Part shown: positions 46,349 through 56,123 of the stretch, one piece after another
How positions within the stretch are numbered: the stretch's first letter is position 1
Layout of the letters: each line of letters begins with the position of its first letter
IMG/VR virus record: IMGVR_UViG_3300043086_000101
Direction: 5' to 3' (one strand)
From: an uncultured virus (IMG/VR IMGVR_UViG_3300043086_000101)
Lineage: Duplodnaviria > Heunggongvirae > Uroviricota > Caudoviricetes
Length of the DNA: 64,000 bases
Notes under the pieces: generated by a model
Databases searched by the model: none
Told to the model about the DNA's origin: nothing
What the model saw: the letters and a program-made list of their open reading frames with translations, nothing else
Program-made: the position numbers and the translations under genes

Positions 46349-46708
46349 TTATTCTTCTGAAGAATCGTCAGAAGTATCATCAGAACCAGAAAGTTCAATT
46401 ACATCAATATTAATATTATTGTCCTTTAGAAAAGCTGCAAAAGCATCATACAGACCAGAACTTGCAGCACCACTAATGCCACCAGCAACAACAGCTTGAA
46501 GAATTGTATTCGCATCAACAAGAGGATTACCGCAAACGGTAATAATAACAGAAACAATAATACCTTCGATAGTAACAAAAACTGGAATCCAACGATTTTC
46601 AAAAGTTTCATCTGAAATAGCGTGCTTTAGAATATAACCAGTAATCAAAGCAAGAAGAACAACTGGAATTAAAAGATAATCACTTACAATATTAGTAATA
46701 TCTAACAT
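46349..46708 (-). CDS. Putative holin
   Basis: Two to three TM segments, NRWIP and GxxSGAASSGLYD patterns typical of Gram-positive phage holins; acidic tail. Confidence 0.75.
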   Translation of the reverse strand: MLDITNIVSDYLLIPVVLLALITGYILKHAISDETFENRWIPVFVTIEGIIVSVIITVCGNPLVDANTILQAVVAGGISGAASSGLYDAFAAFLKDNNINIDVIELSGSDDTSDDSSEE

Positions 46709-46727
46709 ATCTGTCTCCCTTCAGATA

Positions 46728-47684
46728 TTAAGATGTTTGAATCCAAATTAAACAAGTAGCAGAAGAAGGTTCTTCTGAAGAAACTGTAACAACATCAGAT
46801 GCTGCTTTTCCAGATAAAGCATTGTATACGGCATTGCTTGTTGGTAAAGAAGCACTTCCAGAAGATATGGATGTAGTCGCGGCTCTTAGCGCAGCAGAGC
46901 CAAGACCAAGATTTGTTCTAGCCATAGATGCTGTGGTGGCTCCAGTTCCTCCGTTTTCGATAGCAACAGAAGATATAGCTTTAGGAATTCCCTCAGAAAA
47001 ATATACTGGTTGATTTTCAGAACCAGTATTTACTATATCTGTAAAATTATCTCCCATTAACCTACAAGCTTGCAATGCAGCTGCAGAATATGCGGTATTC
47101 ATGTTTACAAATTTTTCACCGTCAAATAGACCAGTGGGATTTCCAACTAAATTGCTTTCTGGTTCCTGAGATAATTCTACTGGTATACCATCTTTGAAAT
47201 ATACTGGAACACTTGAAGAACCAATAGAATACGTATCAGGTGGAGTTGGATCGGTAGGGTCCCAGCTAGCAAAATCAGAGTCATTTTTAATTAACTTAGT
47301 TGCATATATTGCTGAACCATTATTTTTAACCGTAATATTTTTAGTTGCTATTGGAGTTCCAGAAGAAAAATATACTGGGTGTAGACTATCTGTATTTAAT
47401 CCAACACCAGAAGAATTTGCCAATTTTTGTGCAGCAGCTGCTACGCCACTCAAATCTGCGAGTGAATGTGTATGGTTAGAATCTGATTTATTTGCTACAG
47501 TTTCTTTTAAGGAGGATATATCGCTGCTATTGGTTGAAATAGCATCAGCATCTAGTGAAACACGTTTGTTATTTACGTCTACTGCTAAAACATTTTTATC
47601 CGTCGCAGCATAAATCGCACCATTTTCAATAGCTTTTGCGTCAATCTTGGCTTGAGTACCAGTATAAAATTTAGCTTTAGCCAA
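46728..47684 (-). CDS. Tail fibre-related protein
   Basis: TTG start after AAGGAGG; HTH fibre knot, three PVYFxxGxP repeats, IENGGTGATT...RTNLGL, ends LIWIQTS. Confidence 0.7.
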   Translation of the reverse strand: MAKAKFYTGTQAKIDAKAIENGAIYAATDKNVLAVDVNNKRVSLDADAISTNSSDISSLKETVANKSDSNHTHSLADLSGVAAAAQKLANSSGVGLNTDSLHPVYFSSGTPIATKNITVKNNGSAIYATKLIKNDSDFASWDPTDPTPPDTYSIGSSSVPVYFKDGIPVELSQEPESNLVGNPTGLFDGEKFVNMNTAYSAAALQACRLMGDNFTDIVNTGSENQPVYFSEGIPKAISSVAIENGGTGATTASMARTNLGLGSAALRAATTSISSGSASLPTSNAVYNALSGKAASDVVTVSSEEPSSATCLIWIQTS

Positions 47685-47706
47685 AATTCCTCCTTTCAAA
47701 ATATAT

Positions 47707-47739
47707 AAAATAGTAGGGAGAATTAAATCTCCCTACTAT
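47707..47739 (-). terminator. Intrinsic terminator-like hairpin
   Basis: ATAGTAGGGAGA/TCTCCCTACTAT stem with a short T tract on the - strand. Confidence 0.6.
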
Positions 47740-47755
47740 ATCAATTAGTTATATA

Positions 47756-49435
47756 TTAGAGTGTCTGCCATTCAAGAGCACTATCAGTATAGCTCTTGGC
47801 AGAAGATAGAGCAGTATTAGCTTGAGTCTCAGCATAGGTCTTAGCAGTAGCTAGGTTAGTATCACTGTGAGCATTTGCGTTAGTTTCAGCAGTACTAGCA
47901 ACAGTATCTGCGTAGGACTTTGCGGAAGATAGAGCATCATCAGCTGCGCCAGCAGCATCATATGCACTAGAAGCAGTATAAGCAGCAGAGCCAAGACCCT
48001 TAACCGCAACATCAGTACCATTAAATGCAACACTACCATCAGTAGAACCAGTAGTAAGAGTATAAGTTGGAAGGTTTGCACGAGTTACAGCAATAACACC
48101 ATCAGTCTCAGAGACAGCGGAAACATACTTACCAGTTACAGCAGAATCAGTATAATCAAGGCCACCAATAGCGGTAGAAATCTTAGTATCAGCATTGGTA
48201 CCAGCAGTATCAATTGCTTCAGATTTAGCAGTACCAATAGCGGTAGTAAGTTCATCGCTAGCATCGGAAATCCTACCAGTGACGAAATCTTCAGTTGCAT
48301 AACCAGTTAGGCTAACTGCAGAATCGCCAATCTTTTCAAACTTACCATTAACAAGCATGTACTCGTCATAGCCTTGACCATCAACTGCATCGCTCTTAGC
48401 AACCATATAAATGGTGTGTTCGTTAGCTGTATCAATCGATTGAAGAGAGGAAACAATTTCACGCTTTAGGTGTCCTGCATTGGCAACAGCAGTAGCGATA
48501 GCAGAATCAGCTTCACCCTTAGTGTATGCATCAGTGATGCCGTAGCCAGCAAGAGTGGTTGCCTTATCTGCCTTCTTATCAAGACCAGTATCAGCGTAGC
48601 TCTTGGCTTCAGTAAGAGCAGAATCAGCAGCAGACTTTGCGGCAGCTGCAGCGGTACTAGAAACTGAACCTTCACCAGTGCCATTTAGAACTTCTAGAGC
48701 AGATTTATTAGCATTAGCAGTACTGGTAACAGAAGTAATGTCAGTTTGAGCCTGTCCAACACTTGCTTCTAGAGTATCAATATCGCCTTCGGCAGTTTCA
48801 ACACGAGTAGTAAGAGCAGCAATATTACTCTCGTTAGTTGCAACTTGACCATTTTCAAGAGCAGAAACAGCTTTAGAAACCTTACCAACTTCAGTATCAG
48901 TATAGCTCTCAGCTTCAGTTAGAGTTGAAGAAGCAGAATCTGCAACTGCTTTTGCTACAGAGCCTTCAGTAGTAGCACCACCATTTAGAGTATCAATAGC
49001 AGACTTGTTTTCAGCAATAGCATCTGCATTTTCACCAATAGAAGTCGTATGACCAGCAACAGTTTTCTTAAGTTCATCAACATCCTTAGAAATATCAGCA
49101 GTACCACCAGTAATCTGGGATGCAACATAAGCATAAACTTGTTGAGCAGTAGCAAAACCAGTGTCAGAATCATTGATTGAAGAAGCAGGAATTACTACAT
49201 CTACATATGCACTACCATTATAGAACTTAACTTGTTGATTTTCAGTATTAATATATAGAGTATTAACCTCGCCAGATGCGGGGAAAGAAGCAACTGCCTT
49301 TACGCAAGCACCAGAATAGGCTTGATTGCCCTTATAAATTTGGTGAGTATCAGTAACAAAGTAAAGAGCATTGTCATCTAGATTGCTGGAGGTTAAATTA
49401 GCAAGGGTAGTTGTATAAAATTTAACTTGAGCCAT
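47756..49435 (-). CDS. Long fibre / appendage structural protein
   Basis: Ala/Thr-rich coiled coils, repeated AKSYADT units, TTLAGYGITDAYTK fibre motif. Confidence 0.75.
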   Translation of the reverse strand: MAQVKFYTTTLANLTSSNLDDNALYFVTDTHQIYKGNQAYSGACVKAVASFPASGEVNTLYINTENQQVKFYNGSAYVDVVIPASSINDSDTGFATAQQVYAYVASQITGGTADISKDVDELKKTVAGHTTSIGENADAIAENKSAIDTLNGGATTEGSVAKAVADSASSTLTEAESYTDTEVGKVSKAVSALENGQVATNESNIAALTTRVETAEGDIDTLEASVGQAQTDITSVTSTANANKSALEVLNGTGEGSVSSTAAAAAKSAADSALTEAKSYADTGLDKKADKATTLAGYGITDAYTKGEADSAIATAVANAGHLKREIVSSLQSIDTANEHTIYMVAKSDAVDGQGYDEYMLVNGKFEKIGDSAVSLTGYATEDFVTGRISDASDELTTAIGTAKSEAIDTAGTNADTKISTAIGGLDYTDSAVTGKYVSAVSETDGVIAVTRANLPTYTLTTGSTDGSVAFNGTDVAVKGLGSAAYTASSAYDAAGAADDALSSAKSYADTVASTAETNANAHSDTNLATAKTYAETQANTALSSAKSYTDSALEWQTL

Positions 49436-49455
49436 TAGTTTATCTCCTTTTTAAT

Positions 49456-49881
49456 TTATAAAGTAGACCAAATAGTTTTATTAGAAACCATTATATAATC
49501 ATTAGTTAAAGTATCCCATTTATAAATAGCATCATCCGCAACGTATAATGTATTCGTATCTCCCTGTGCGGGGAAAGTATCAACTCCTCCCATATAAACG
49601 GGATTTAAATTGTCAGGTGAGATTTGAGTCCAACCCTCTTTATATCGCCAAAGGATTGCAGTATTTTCTACAAAATAAAATCCTTCAACAGGAGCAAGGA
49701 CTGCTTTTCTATCTTCATCTGTTGGGAAGACTTGCACACAATTGTATGCAAGTCTTAACCCATTATAGTCTAGAAAGAGTTGTTTAGTATCGGTAGTAAA
49801 GATTAATTGCCCATCTTTTACTTCCAAGGCGGATAGTCGGCTATTTACAGTTGCATACATTTTTACAATTGCATTAGCCAT
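49456..49881 (-). CDS. Fibre-associated structural protein
   Basis: VKMY...DGQLIFTTDT N-domain shared with neighbours; FPAQGDTNTLY motif. Confidence 0.7.
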   Translation of the reverse strand: MANAIVKMYATVNSRLSALEVKDGQLIFTTDTKQLFLDYNGLRLAYNCVQVFPTDEDRKAVLAPVEGFYFVENTAILWRYKEGWTQISPDNLNPVYMGGVDTFPAQGDTNTLYVADDAIYKWDTLTNDYIMVSNKTIWSTL

Positions 49882-49902
49882 TAGCAAACCTCTTTACTTT
49901 AA

Positions 49903-51426
49903 TTAAAATTCATTCATAACTAGAGCTGCATTAGCTACTGCTGTATCAGTATAGGAATTAGCTGTAGAAATAGCATTGGTTACATAACTTGTAACAGTAA
50001 CATCTGCATTTTCATCACCGCTAAAATCGCTACCAAGTCGGCTATCAATATACTGTACAGCGGCATTGTAATTGGTATCTCCACTAGTTTGTATATCTTT
50101 AATCTTAGTGTTGACATATCCTACAACAGTAGAAGCGTCTTCAAGATTACCAATTCTATCACTTATAGCAGATGTAACATCAGAAGAAGTAGCATAGTCT
50201 CCTAGTGCTTCTGTAATAGCTGCGGAAACTTCATCTGCATCTTGAAAACGATCATCTGCATCAGATTTAGTATAATAACTTTCAAGAGCAGTCTCAATTG
50301 CAGTATTAACTTCAGTAGAAGTAACTTTAGTATTAAGATTTTCAGTAATTGGTTTTAGAAGTTCATCAACAGCAGCAGAGGTATAATAATTTTCAAGAGC
50401 ATTGGTATCTGCTTCAATCTTAGTTTCTAGAACTTTGTCAATTTTTGTACGCTCTTCAGTAATCTTATCATCGACAGCAGAGAGAAGTTCATCTTGAGTA
50501 AGCTTATAAGTATCAAGTTGCTTTTTATTCTCATGAGTATGTGCTTTATCAATTGTATCTTGAAGAGACTCAAGAGAAACTGTAGAGTCCTTAATCTTTT
50601 TACCAGTTAATCCGTCAAAGACTGCGATATTTGCATCGATAGCAGATTCTGGCCCAATAACAAATTCTGAACCATCAATATTAACATTGACTACAATAAA
50701 GTCAGAGTCTTGTGCGTTTTCAGAATCAGCAACGACAATGATCAAATCGCCAACTTCGCAAACCTGTCCTGCATAAGTGCCAGCTTCAGTAACACGGAAA
50801 GTTTGACCAATTTTAACTTCAGATGGAAGTTGAGTTTCAGAATTAACAACACCAACAGTGAAAGAATTGATACCATTAACTAGAGCATCAACATAATGCT
50901 TAGTTGCAGCTTCAAGGTCTTGAGTTGGGTCTGCGGCAAGCTTAACGGAGCCAGTAAATTCCGCGCCAGATAAAGCTGCATAGTTTTCAAATTCAGCTTT
51001 TAGATTAGCAAGTTGTTCAGAAAGAGAGCCATCTTCTTCAGAAGTAACATCTTCAAAAACAACTACGAAATCAGAGCCATTATAGATATAACCTTTACTT
51101 TCGCCAGTAACAATATAAACGACGCCTTGTTCAGGAGATGTTATAGAAGCAAGATTAGTAACAACTTGAACAAATTGCTTCATTTGAGATTGGTCAACAC
51201 CAACCTTTTCTAGTGAATAATTACCAGCTTCTCCTTGGAGTACATAAGTTTCATATACACCATTTTGTAGAACCTTGATAGTTTGACCAGCATAGGCATT
51301 TGCAGCCTTAGCATAGACTAGCGCTTCCTCATAGGAATCCCAAACTTCAGAAGCATCCAAAGGCAAGGCATTACCACGAGAATAGGCTTTAACAGCAACT
51401 AGAAGATTCTTAGATTCAATAGCCAT
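49903..51426 (-). CDS. Fibre / appendage structural protein
   Basis: PLDA...AYAGQ N-domain, DPTQDLEAATKHYVD neck motif, YYTxxxxD repeats. Confidence 0.7.
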   Translation of the reverse strand: MAIESKNLLVAVKAYSRGNALPLDASEVWDSYEEALVYAKAANAYAGQTIKVLQNGVYETYVLQGEAGNYSLEKVGVDQSQMKQFVQVVTNLASITSPEQGVVYIVTGESKGYIYNGSDFVVVFEDVTSEEDGSLSEQLANLKAEFENYAALSGAEFTGSVKLAADPTQDLEAATKHYVDALVNGINSFTVGVVNSETQLPSEVKIGQTFRVTEAGTYAGQVCEVGDLIIVVADSENAQDSDFIVVNVNIDGSEFVIGPESAIDANIAVFDGLTGKKIKDSTVSLESLQDTIDKAHTHENKKQLDTYKLTQDELLSAVDDKITEERTKIDKVLETKIEADTNALENYYTSAAVDELLKPITENLNTKVTSTEVNTAIETALESYYTKSDADDRFQDADEVSAAITEALGDYATSSDVTSAISDRIGNLEDASTVVGYVNTKIKDIQTSGDTNYNAAVQYIDSRLGSDFSGDENADVTVTSYVTNAISTANSYTDTAVANAALVMNEF

Positions 51427-51452
51427 GTTCTTTTTCCTCCTTTACCTTTGAA

Positions 51453-52454
51453 TTAAATAGTAACCTTGAAAGTCATGCCAGCTGCAGCGGGAGTAGCCAT
51501 ACCATAGGTATAAACCTTATAGCTAACTGCATCCGCACCATTAGCACCTTCAACATCGATAGTACTTTGGGTAAAACTACTAGCCATACCAGTGTCATTA
51601 GTCTCAACATACATTACTTGACTAACGTCACGAAGTCTGGCTGGATATGCAAAAACAACGTATTGTTGACCAACAGCAATGTTAATACTGAAGGAAGTAT
51701 TATTATTAGGATTAAGAGCAGAGCCACTAAGTGCGCGGATAGCCGCAGAATCTAGTTCAGGAACAGAGCCAACGCCAGCACCGTAAAAATATTTACGTTG
51801 ACCAGTAAAAATTAATGACTTTGAAATTGAACCTGCTTCAATATGTCCATCTGGAGAAGCATCTCCGAGGTTATCGTTTTCAATTGGACCTTCTTCATAT
51901 GTGGCGGTTACGGTGAACTTAAGTTCACCTTCAGATAGAGTAAATGTTTCATCTTCAGCAGAAACAGTATTCGTATTACTAGATGCAATTAATGTATCTC
52001 CCTTTTTCAATGAAAGAGTTACAATATCGCCTGCCTCATTTTGATTATATTTACCAGTGATAGTTGATGTAATACTTTCTCCAACTTCATAAGCCATAGC
52101 TTTTTTAGTAGAAGAAATTTCAACAGTAGGAGCGGTATATTCATGAGGAATACGTTTAGTAAGCATTTGTTTTAAAAGAGCAGTTAAATCAGTTCCTGCA
52201 GTAATAGTAGTTTCATCAGTAAGATTGCCAACAGTAGTTCCTTTAACGGTAATATCTTCTTTTACCTTAGCACTACCAAGAGTACGAGGAACGAGCTTAG
52301 TAGAATCATCAGTAGTTTCTTCGGCAACATAAACTAAATCATCGTCAGTTGTGACAACGAAGTCAGAAGCGGTAATATTGCCAGAATCAATGTTATCTTG
52401 AATCTTGGATTCATCACCGTGGAAAAAGTGAATTACTTGTTGATTATCACTCAT
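51453..52454 (-). CDS. Structural protein with Ig-like beta domains
   Basis: ATG after AAGGAG; beta-rich; QYVVFAYPA...YKVY C-terminal domain. Confidence 0.7.
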   Translation of the reverse strand: MSDNQQVIHFFHGDESKIQDNIDSGNITASDFVVTTDDDLVYVAEETTDDSTKLVPRTLGSAKVKEDITVKGTTVGNLTDETTITAGTDLTALLKQMLTKRIPHEYTAPTVEISSTKKAMAYEVGESITSTITGKYNQNEAGDIVTLSLKKGDTLIASSNTNTVSAEDETFTLSEGELKFTVTATYEEGPIENDNLGDASPDGHIEAGSISKSLIFTGQRKYFYGAGVGSVPELDSAAIRALSGSALNPNNNTSFSINIAVGQQYVVFAYPARLRDVSQVMYVETNDTGMASSFTQSTIDVEGANGADAVSYKVYTYGMATPAAAGMTFKVTI

Positions 52455-52472
52455 CCGTTTATCTCCTTTCAA

Positions 52473-53165
52473 TTATTCCATTTCAGATATATAAATGCCA
52501 ACCGCATTTTCGGTATTGACAACTTTATCTTGTAGTTCTAAAACTTTTTCATAAGCAAAATTAGCTTTTTCATTTGCTTCTTCTGTTTTATCATATAAAT
52601 CATTAATATTATCTAATTTTTCTAATTTATCTGCGACATCTACAAGTTTTTCTTGAATTTCTGCAAAAGAAACTTGCATTTGTTCAAATTCTTCTTTTTG
52701 TGCGGCAATCTGGTCACGTGCTTCTTTGGCTGCACTAGATAAATCAATAATTGCATTTTGAAAAACAGTATAATCATCACTTACTACAAAGTTTGAACCA
52801 TCATCAGGGTCTTTAATAACATGAATTAAAAAGTCTACACTTTGAACGATGCTGATAGAATCTACTAGTTTTATACAAGCTAGAACATTCCCTTCCCACA
52901 GCATACTTTGTGGATAACTAATTTGCCAAACTGGAGGTGTATCTGAAATTTGTTGAAATATATTTAATCCACTAATATCTTTTTCTTCGTGATGCCAACT
53001 AAGATATACCTTTGTTTCTGGAGTGAATTGAGCAGCAGCTTCTTGAGAAAATATAATTCTTAAAGTGCGGCCATTGGCATCTCCCGCGCCTGCTGTAATA
53101 GGGTCAGGAATATTTTGGTCCATTGACTTCATATTAATAGTTAATGCCCTTAATTCTTGTGCCAT
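52473..53165 (-). CDS. Baseplate upper-protein (BppU-like) N-domain plus coiled coil
   Basis: AGDANGRTLRII pattern followed by a heptad region. Confidence 0.6.
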   Translation of the reverse strand: MAQELRALTINMKSMDQNIPDPITAGAGDANGRTLRIIFSQEAAAQFTPETKVYLSWHHEEKDISGLNIFQQISDTPPVWQISYPQSMLWEGNVLACIKLVDSISIVQSVDFLIHVIKDPDDGSNFVVSDDYTVFQNAIIDLSSAAKEARDQIAAQKEEFEQMQVSFAEIQEKLVDVADKLEKLDNINDLYDKTEEANEKANFAYEKVLELQDKVVNTENAVGIYISEME

Positions 53166-53734
53166 TATTGTTCACCCCAATCCTCTTCTTTGCGTTTTTT
53201 AGTTTGGAAATCAAATCCGCTTATTGTTTTAAATTTTTCCAATCCTTGCGTAGTATTTAATGAAAGCTTTGGCAATTCACGAATTTCCGCAACTAGATTG
53301 TCAATATACGTATCTCCTCCAGCATTTTTATAGTACAAAAATTGTCTTTCAATACTTTGAAGGTTAATGTCATCAATTGCACCAATTTCATAACAAAAGT
53401 GATGGTGTTTATCAATAATATAAGACCTTGCTTGCTCTTGGAGCCTTTCGGTAGTGAGGGCAGATTCTTTTTCAAGCTTACGAACAACTTCGTTTAAATT
53501 ATCTAACTTGGCATCGATAGACTTAATATTTTCACCAACAGTCTCTAAAGTATCGATTAACTCCACGTTTTTGTCCTTTTGTGCTTGCTGTCCATTAAAG
53601 TAATTTTGGAGCTTGGCGTAAAACCAACCCAGAAGCTCCGCAATATATTTTATCGCAACTCCTATCATTATAATGAAAATTATAATGGTTTCAACGGAGT
53701 ATTGCGATAGTAAATTTTCTAGAGTACTCAACAA
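53165..53734 (-). CDS. Membrane protein next to the endolysin (holin-like / lysis accessory)
   Basis: N-terminal TM helix, coiled coil, YKNAGGDTYI...ELP motif common in lysis cassettes. Confidence 0.6.
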   Translation of the reverse strand: MLSTLENLLSQYSVETIIIFIIMIGVAIKYIAELLGWFYAKLQNYFNGQQAQKDKNVELIDTLETVGENIKSIDAKLDNLNEVVRKLEKESALTTERLQEQARSYIIDKHHHFCYEIGAIDDINLQSIERQFLYYKNAGGDTYIDNLVAEIRELPKLSLNTTQGLEKFKTISGFDFQTKKRKEEDWGEQ

Positions 53735-53806
53735 TACTCCTTTCTTACTTTGTCAACCTATTTAATTTCAAAATAAACATATATCTTTTCATCAGTTTTG
53801 CCCAAT

Positions 53807-53841
53807 AAAAAAAGGGTAGATTGTTTATCAATCTACCCTTT
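53807..53841 (-). terminator. Intrinsic terminator after the endolysin
   Basis: AAAGGGTAGATTG/CAATCTACCCTTT stem with T7 on the - strand. Confidence 0.8.
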
Positions 53842-53852
53842 CTATTTATAAA

Positions 53853-54776
53853 TTACTTAAAAGTACCAGCATTAAGCTTCTTTTGCATTGCCATAACACA
53901 AGAGCTACCCTTACTAAGAATACCATCTTGAGTAGTTCCCATCTTCTTTTGAAGAGCCTTTACAGTGGTGGGGCCAAGAATACCATCTGCATCACTAATT
54001 CCAAGCCACTTCTGCATTGCAATGATTAGTTGTGAACCCTTTGGATTGCTAGACCATTCAAATCCACTAGTGCAAGCTAGCAGGCAACGAGTACGTTGAT
54101 ATTCAGATTGGCTAGAAACAATACCATCCTGAGTAGTACCAAATACTTTTTGAAGAGCCTTGGTAGTAGCAGGTCCCCAATAGCCATCTACAGTTAGAGA
54201 AGAGCTGCTAGAACTTGAACTAGTGGTTGTAGAGGTGCTACTTGAATTGCTAGAAGTGCTAGTAGAAGTAGTAGTAGTGGTACTAGAAGTTGTACCATTT
54301 AGGATTTGAGACTTTAGAGTTGCCCACTTAGAGCTACTAACATATGGAGCAGGGCAAGACTTGCGGCTAGCGTCATAGTGACGTACAACATGATCAGAAT
54401 CTACGCTATAGGTAGACATTAATTGCCGCACTAGTTGACCTAGATAATCAATTTCCTTAGCAGAAAACTCTTCACCATTGGAAACAACTTCAATACTTAT
54501 GCTATTGGCATTAGTAATACCATACTTACCCTTGCCGTCTCCCACGGCCCAAGAGTACTTATTTGCAGGATCGGCATTATACTGCCAAACACCAGTGTCA
54601 TCAATGAAGTAGTCAGCACTAGCGTTACGATTACCGCCAGAGAAATAAATACAATTATTCTTAGCAGAACCAGTTCCACCAGTATAGTGAACTACAATAT
54701 ACTTAATTGCACTCTTTCCACCTGAACGAGTGGAGAGGTTATATGAACCGTTATATTGATTAATAGTTAATGCCAT
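53853..54776 (-). CDS. Endolysin: N-acetylmuramoyl-L-alanine amidase (Amidase_2) + Ser/Thr linker + peptidoglycan-binding repeats
   Basis: YIVVHYT, NSISIE, VVRHYDASRKSCP; DGxWGPATTKALQ repeats. Confidence 0.92.
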   Translation of the reverse strand: MALTINQYNGSYNLSTRSGGKSAIKYIVVHYTGGTGSAKNNCIYFSGGNRNASADYFIDDTGVWQYNADPANKYSWAVGDGKGKYGITNANSISIEVVSNGEEFSAKEIDYLGQLVRQLMSTYSVDSDHVVRHYDASRKSCPAPYVSSSKWATLKSQILNGTTSSTTTTTSTSTSSNSSSTSTTTSSSSSSSSLTVDGYWGPATTKALQKVFGTTQDGIVSSQSEYQRTRCLLACTSGFEWSSNPKGSQLIIAMQKWLGISDADGILGPTTVKALQKKMGTTQDGILSKGSSCVMAMQKKLNAGTFK

Positions 54777-54797
54777 TTTTCCTCCTCGGTATTTATA

Positions 54798-55760
54798 TTA
54801 TGGTTGAATCCAGATAAGTATATTTGATTTATCTTTTTCAGAGTTAAAATTTTCTTCTGTCGCAATAACTATATTGCTTAAACTAGTATCTAATCTTTTA
54901 CTGCACGCTTTTGGAATACCTTCGTTAAAATAAACTGGTTGAGTTTCACTTCCCGCGCTATCAGTACTTAATCTATCAGCGGTATTAGCTGACAATGCAG
55001 TTCCAGCATAATACGGCGTATAAGAACTTTCTGTTATATCTTCACCATCTTTTGGCTCAGATATAACTACATACATACTACCTGCTGTACCGTCTTCTTT
55101 ATTTATAAGTTGAATTGTATCACCAGTTTGAAAAGGCTTTTCTCCTTTTGCAGCTGAATTATATACAGATGAAGCTTCATCTAAGTTTTCATATCTAACA
55201 ATTCTTTCAAGTGCTCCTTGTGGAATAGAAGCCAGTGGAATAACAAAAGGTTCAGTACTAGCATTTTCCTCGCTACTAGTTGGTTTATCCCATAGAATAT
55301 TGTCAGCATATATCTTTGACAATGGTATAGTAATTGAGCCGTCACATAAATTTGAAGCAACAATATTAGATGTTACTATTTTTTCTTTTTCATCTCTAAG
55401 AACTACTGAATCTGATGTTTGAAAAGATACTGTATTAGATAGCTTCTCTGCATACTCAGCAGTTCCTATTAAATTTCCTACAATACCTCCACTGAATGTA
55501 ACTTCACCAGCAACAGTTTGAGAACCTGTATCTGTCATGCTCAATTTTGTATCTACATTAGCTTGAACAGTCTTTACTGCCTTTGGAGTAGCTGCAACAC
55601 TGTTACTTACATCAGAATCACTTGAAGTAGAATCAGAAAGCTTAACATCACCAAGGATATTATCAGTTGCTTCAGGAGCAACATATACTGGAACATAATA
55701 GCCTAGATTTTCATCATAGACTTTCATTGTAAAATTAATTTTTTTATTTGTATCAGCCAT
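54798..55760 (-). CDS. Tail fibre protein
   Basis: GDVKLSDSTSS...AATPKAVK tail-fibre repeat; PVYFNEGIP unit; ends LIWIQP. Confidence 0.75.
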   Translation of the reverse strand: MADTNKKINFTMKVYDENLGYYVPVYVAPEATDNILGDVKLSDSTSSDSDVSNSVAATPKAVKTVQANVDTKLSMTDTGSQTVAGEVTFSGGIVGNLIGTAEYAEKLSNTVSFQTSDSVVLRDEKEKIVTSNIVASNLCDGSITIPLSKIYADNILWDKPTSSEENASTEPFVIPLASIPQGALERIVRYENLDEASSVYNSAAKGEKPFQTGDTIQLINKEDGTAGSMYVVISEPKDGEDITESSYTPYYAGTALSANTADRLSTDSAGSETQPVYFNEGIPKACSKRLDTSLSNIVIATEENFNSEKDKSNILIWIQP

Positions 55761-55775
55761 ATAATATCACTCCTT

Positions 55776-56123
55776 TTATTCATCTTCTTTTGGCTCGTAG
55801 CCAATATCAATTAATGCATTACTTCCTAAATTTCTTTGAATATAGATAGTACATTTTTCCAAAGATAAATCATCAAACTCTAACAAGCCAGTTTGATTAA
55901 CTCTATAGCTATTAGTACTTCTATTGATATAGAAATCAGGAGATAAGTCAAAAGTAATAGTAGAACCTTCAGGAGCTATAAAAAATGGCTGCTTTCTATT
56001 TGGAATTTGAACACCGATATGCCTTATTAAAAATCTTACATCTTCATCATATCCAGTTATCGGAGGATTAACTTCAATACTTTGCCCATTAGTAAATGGG
56101 CCTTTGAATTGTAAATATCTCAT
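55776..56123 (-). CDS. Hypothetical tail/baseplate protein
   Basis: GGAGG RBS, coupled to the upstream gene, beta-rich. Confidence 0.7.
   Translation of the reverse strand: MRYLQFKGPFTNGQSIEVNPPITGYDEDVRFLIRHIGVQIPNRKQPFFIAPEGSTITFDLSPDFYINRSTNSYRVNQTGLLEFDDLSLEKCTIYIQRNLGSNALIDIGYEPKEDE

Noticed and set aside
54195..54295. Low-complexity tandem-like DNA repeat
   Set aside because: It encodes the Ser/Thr linker of the endolysin.
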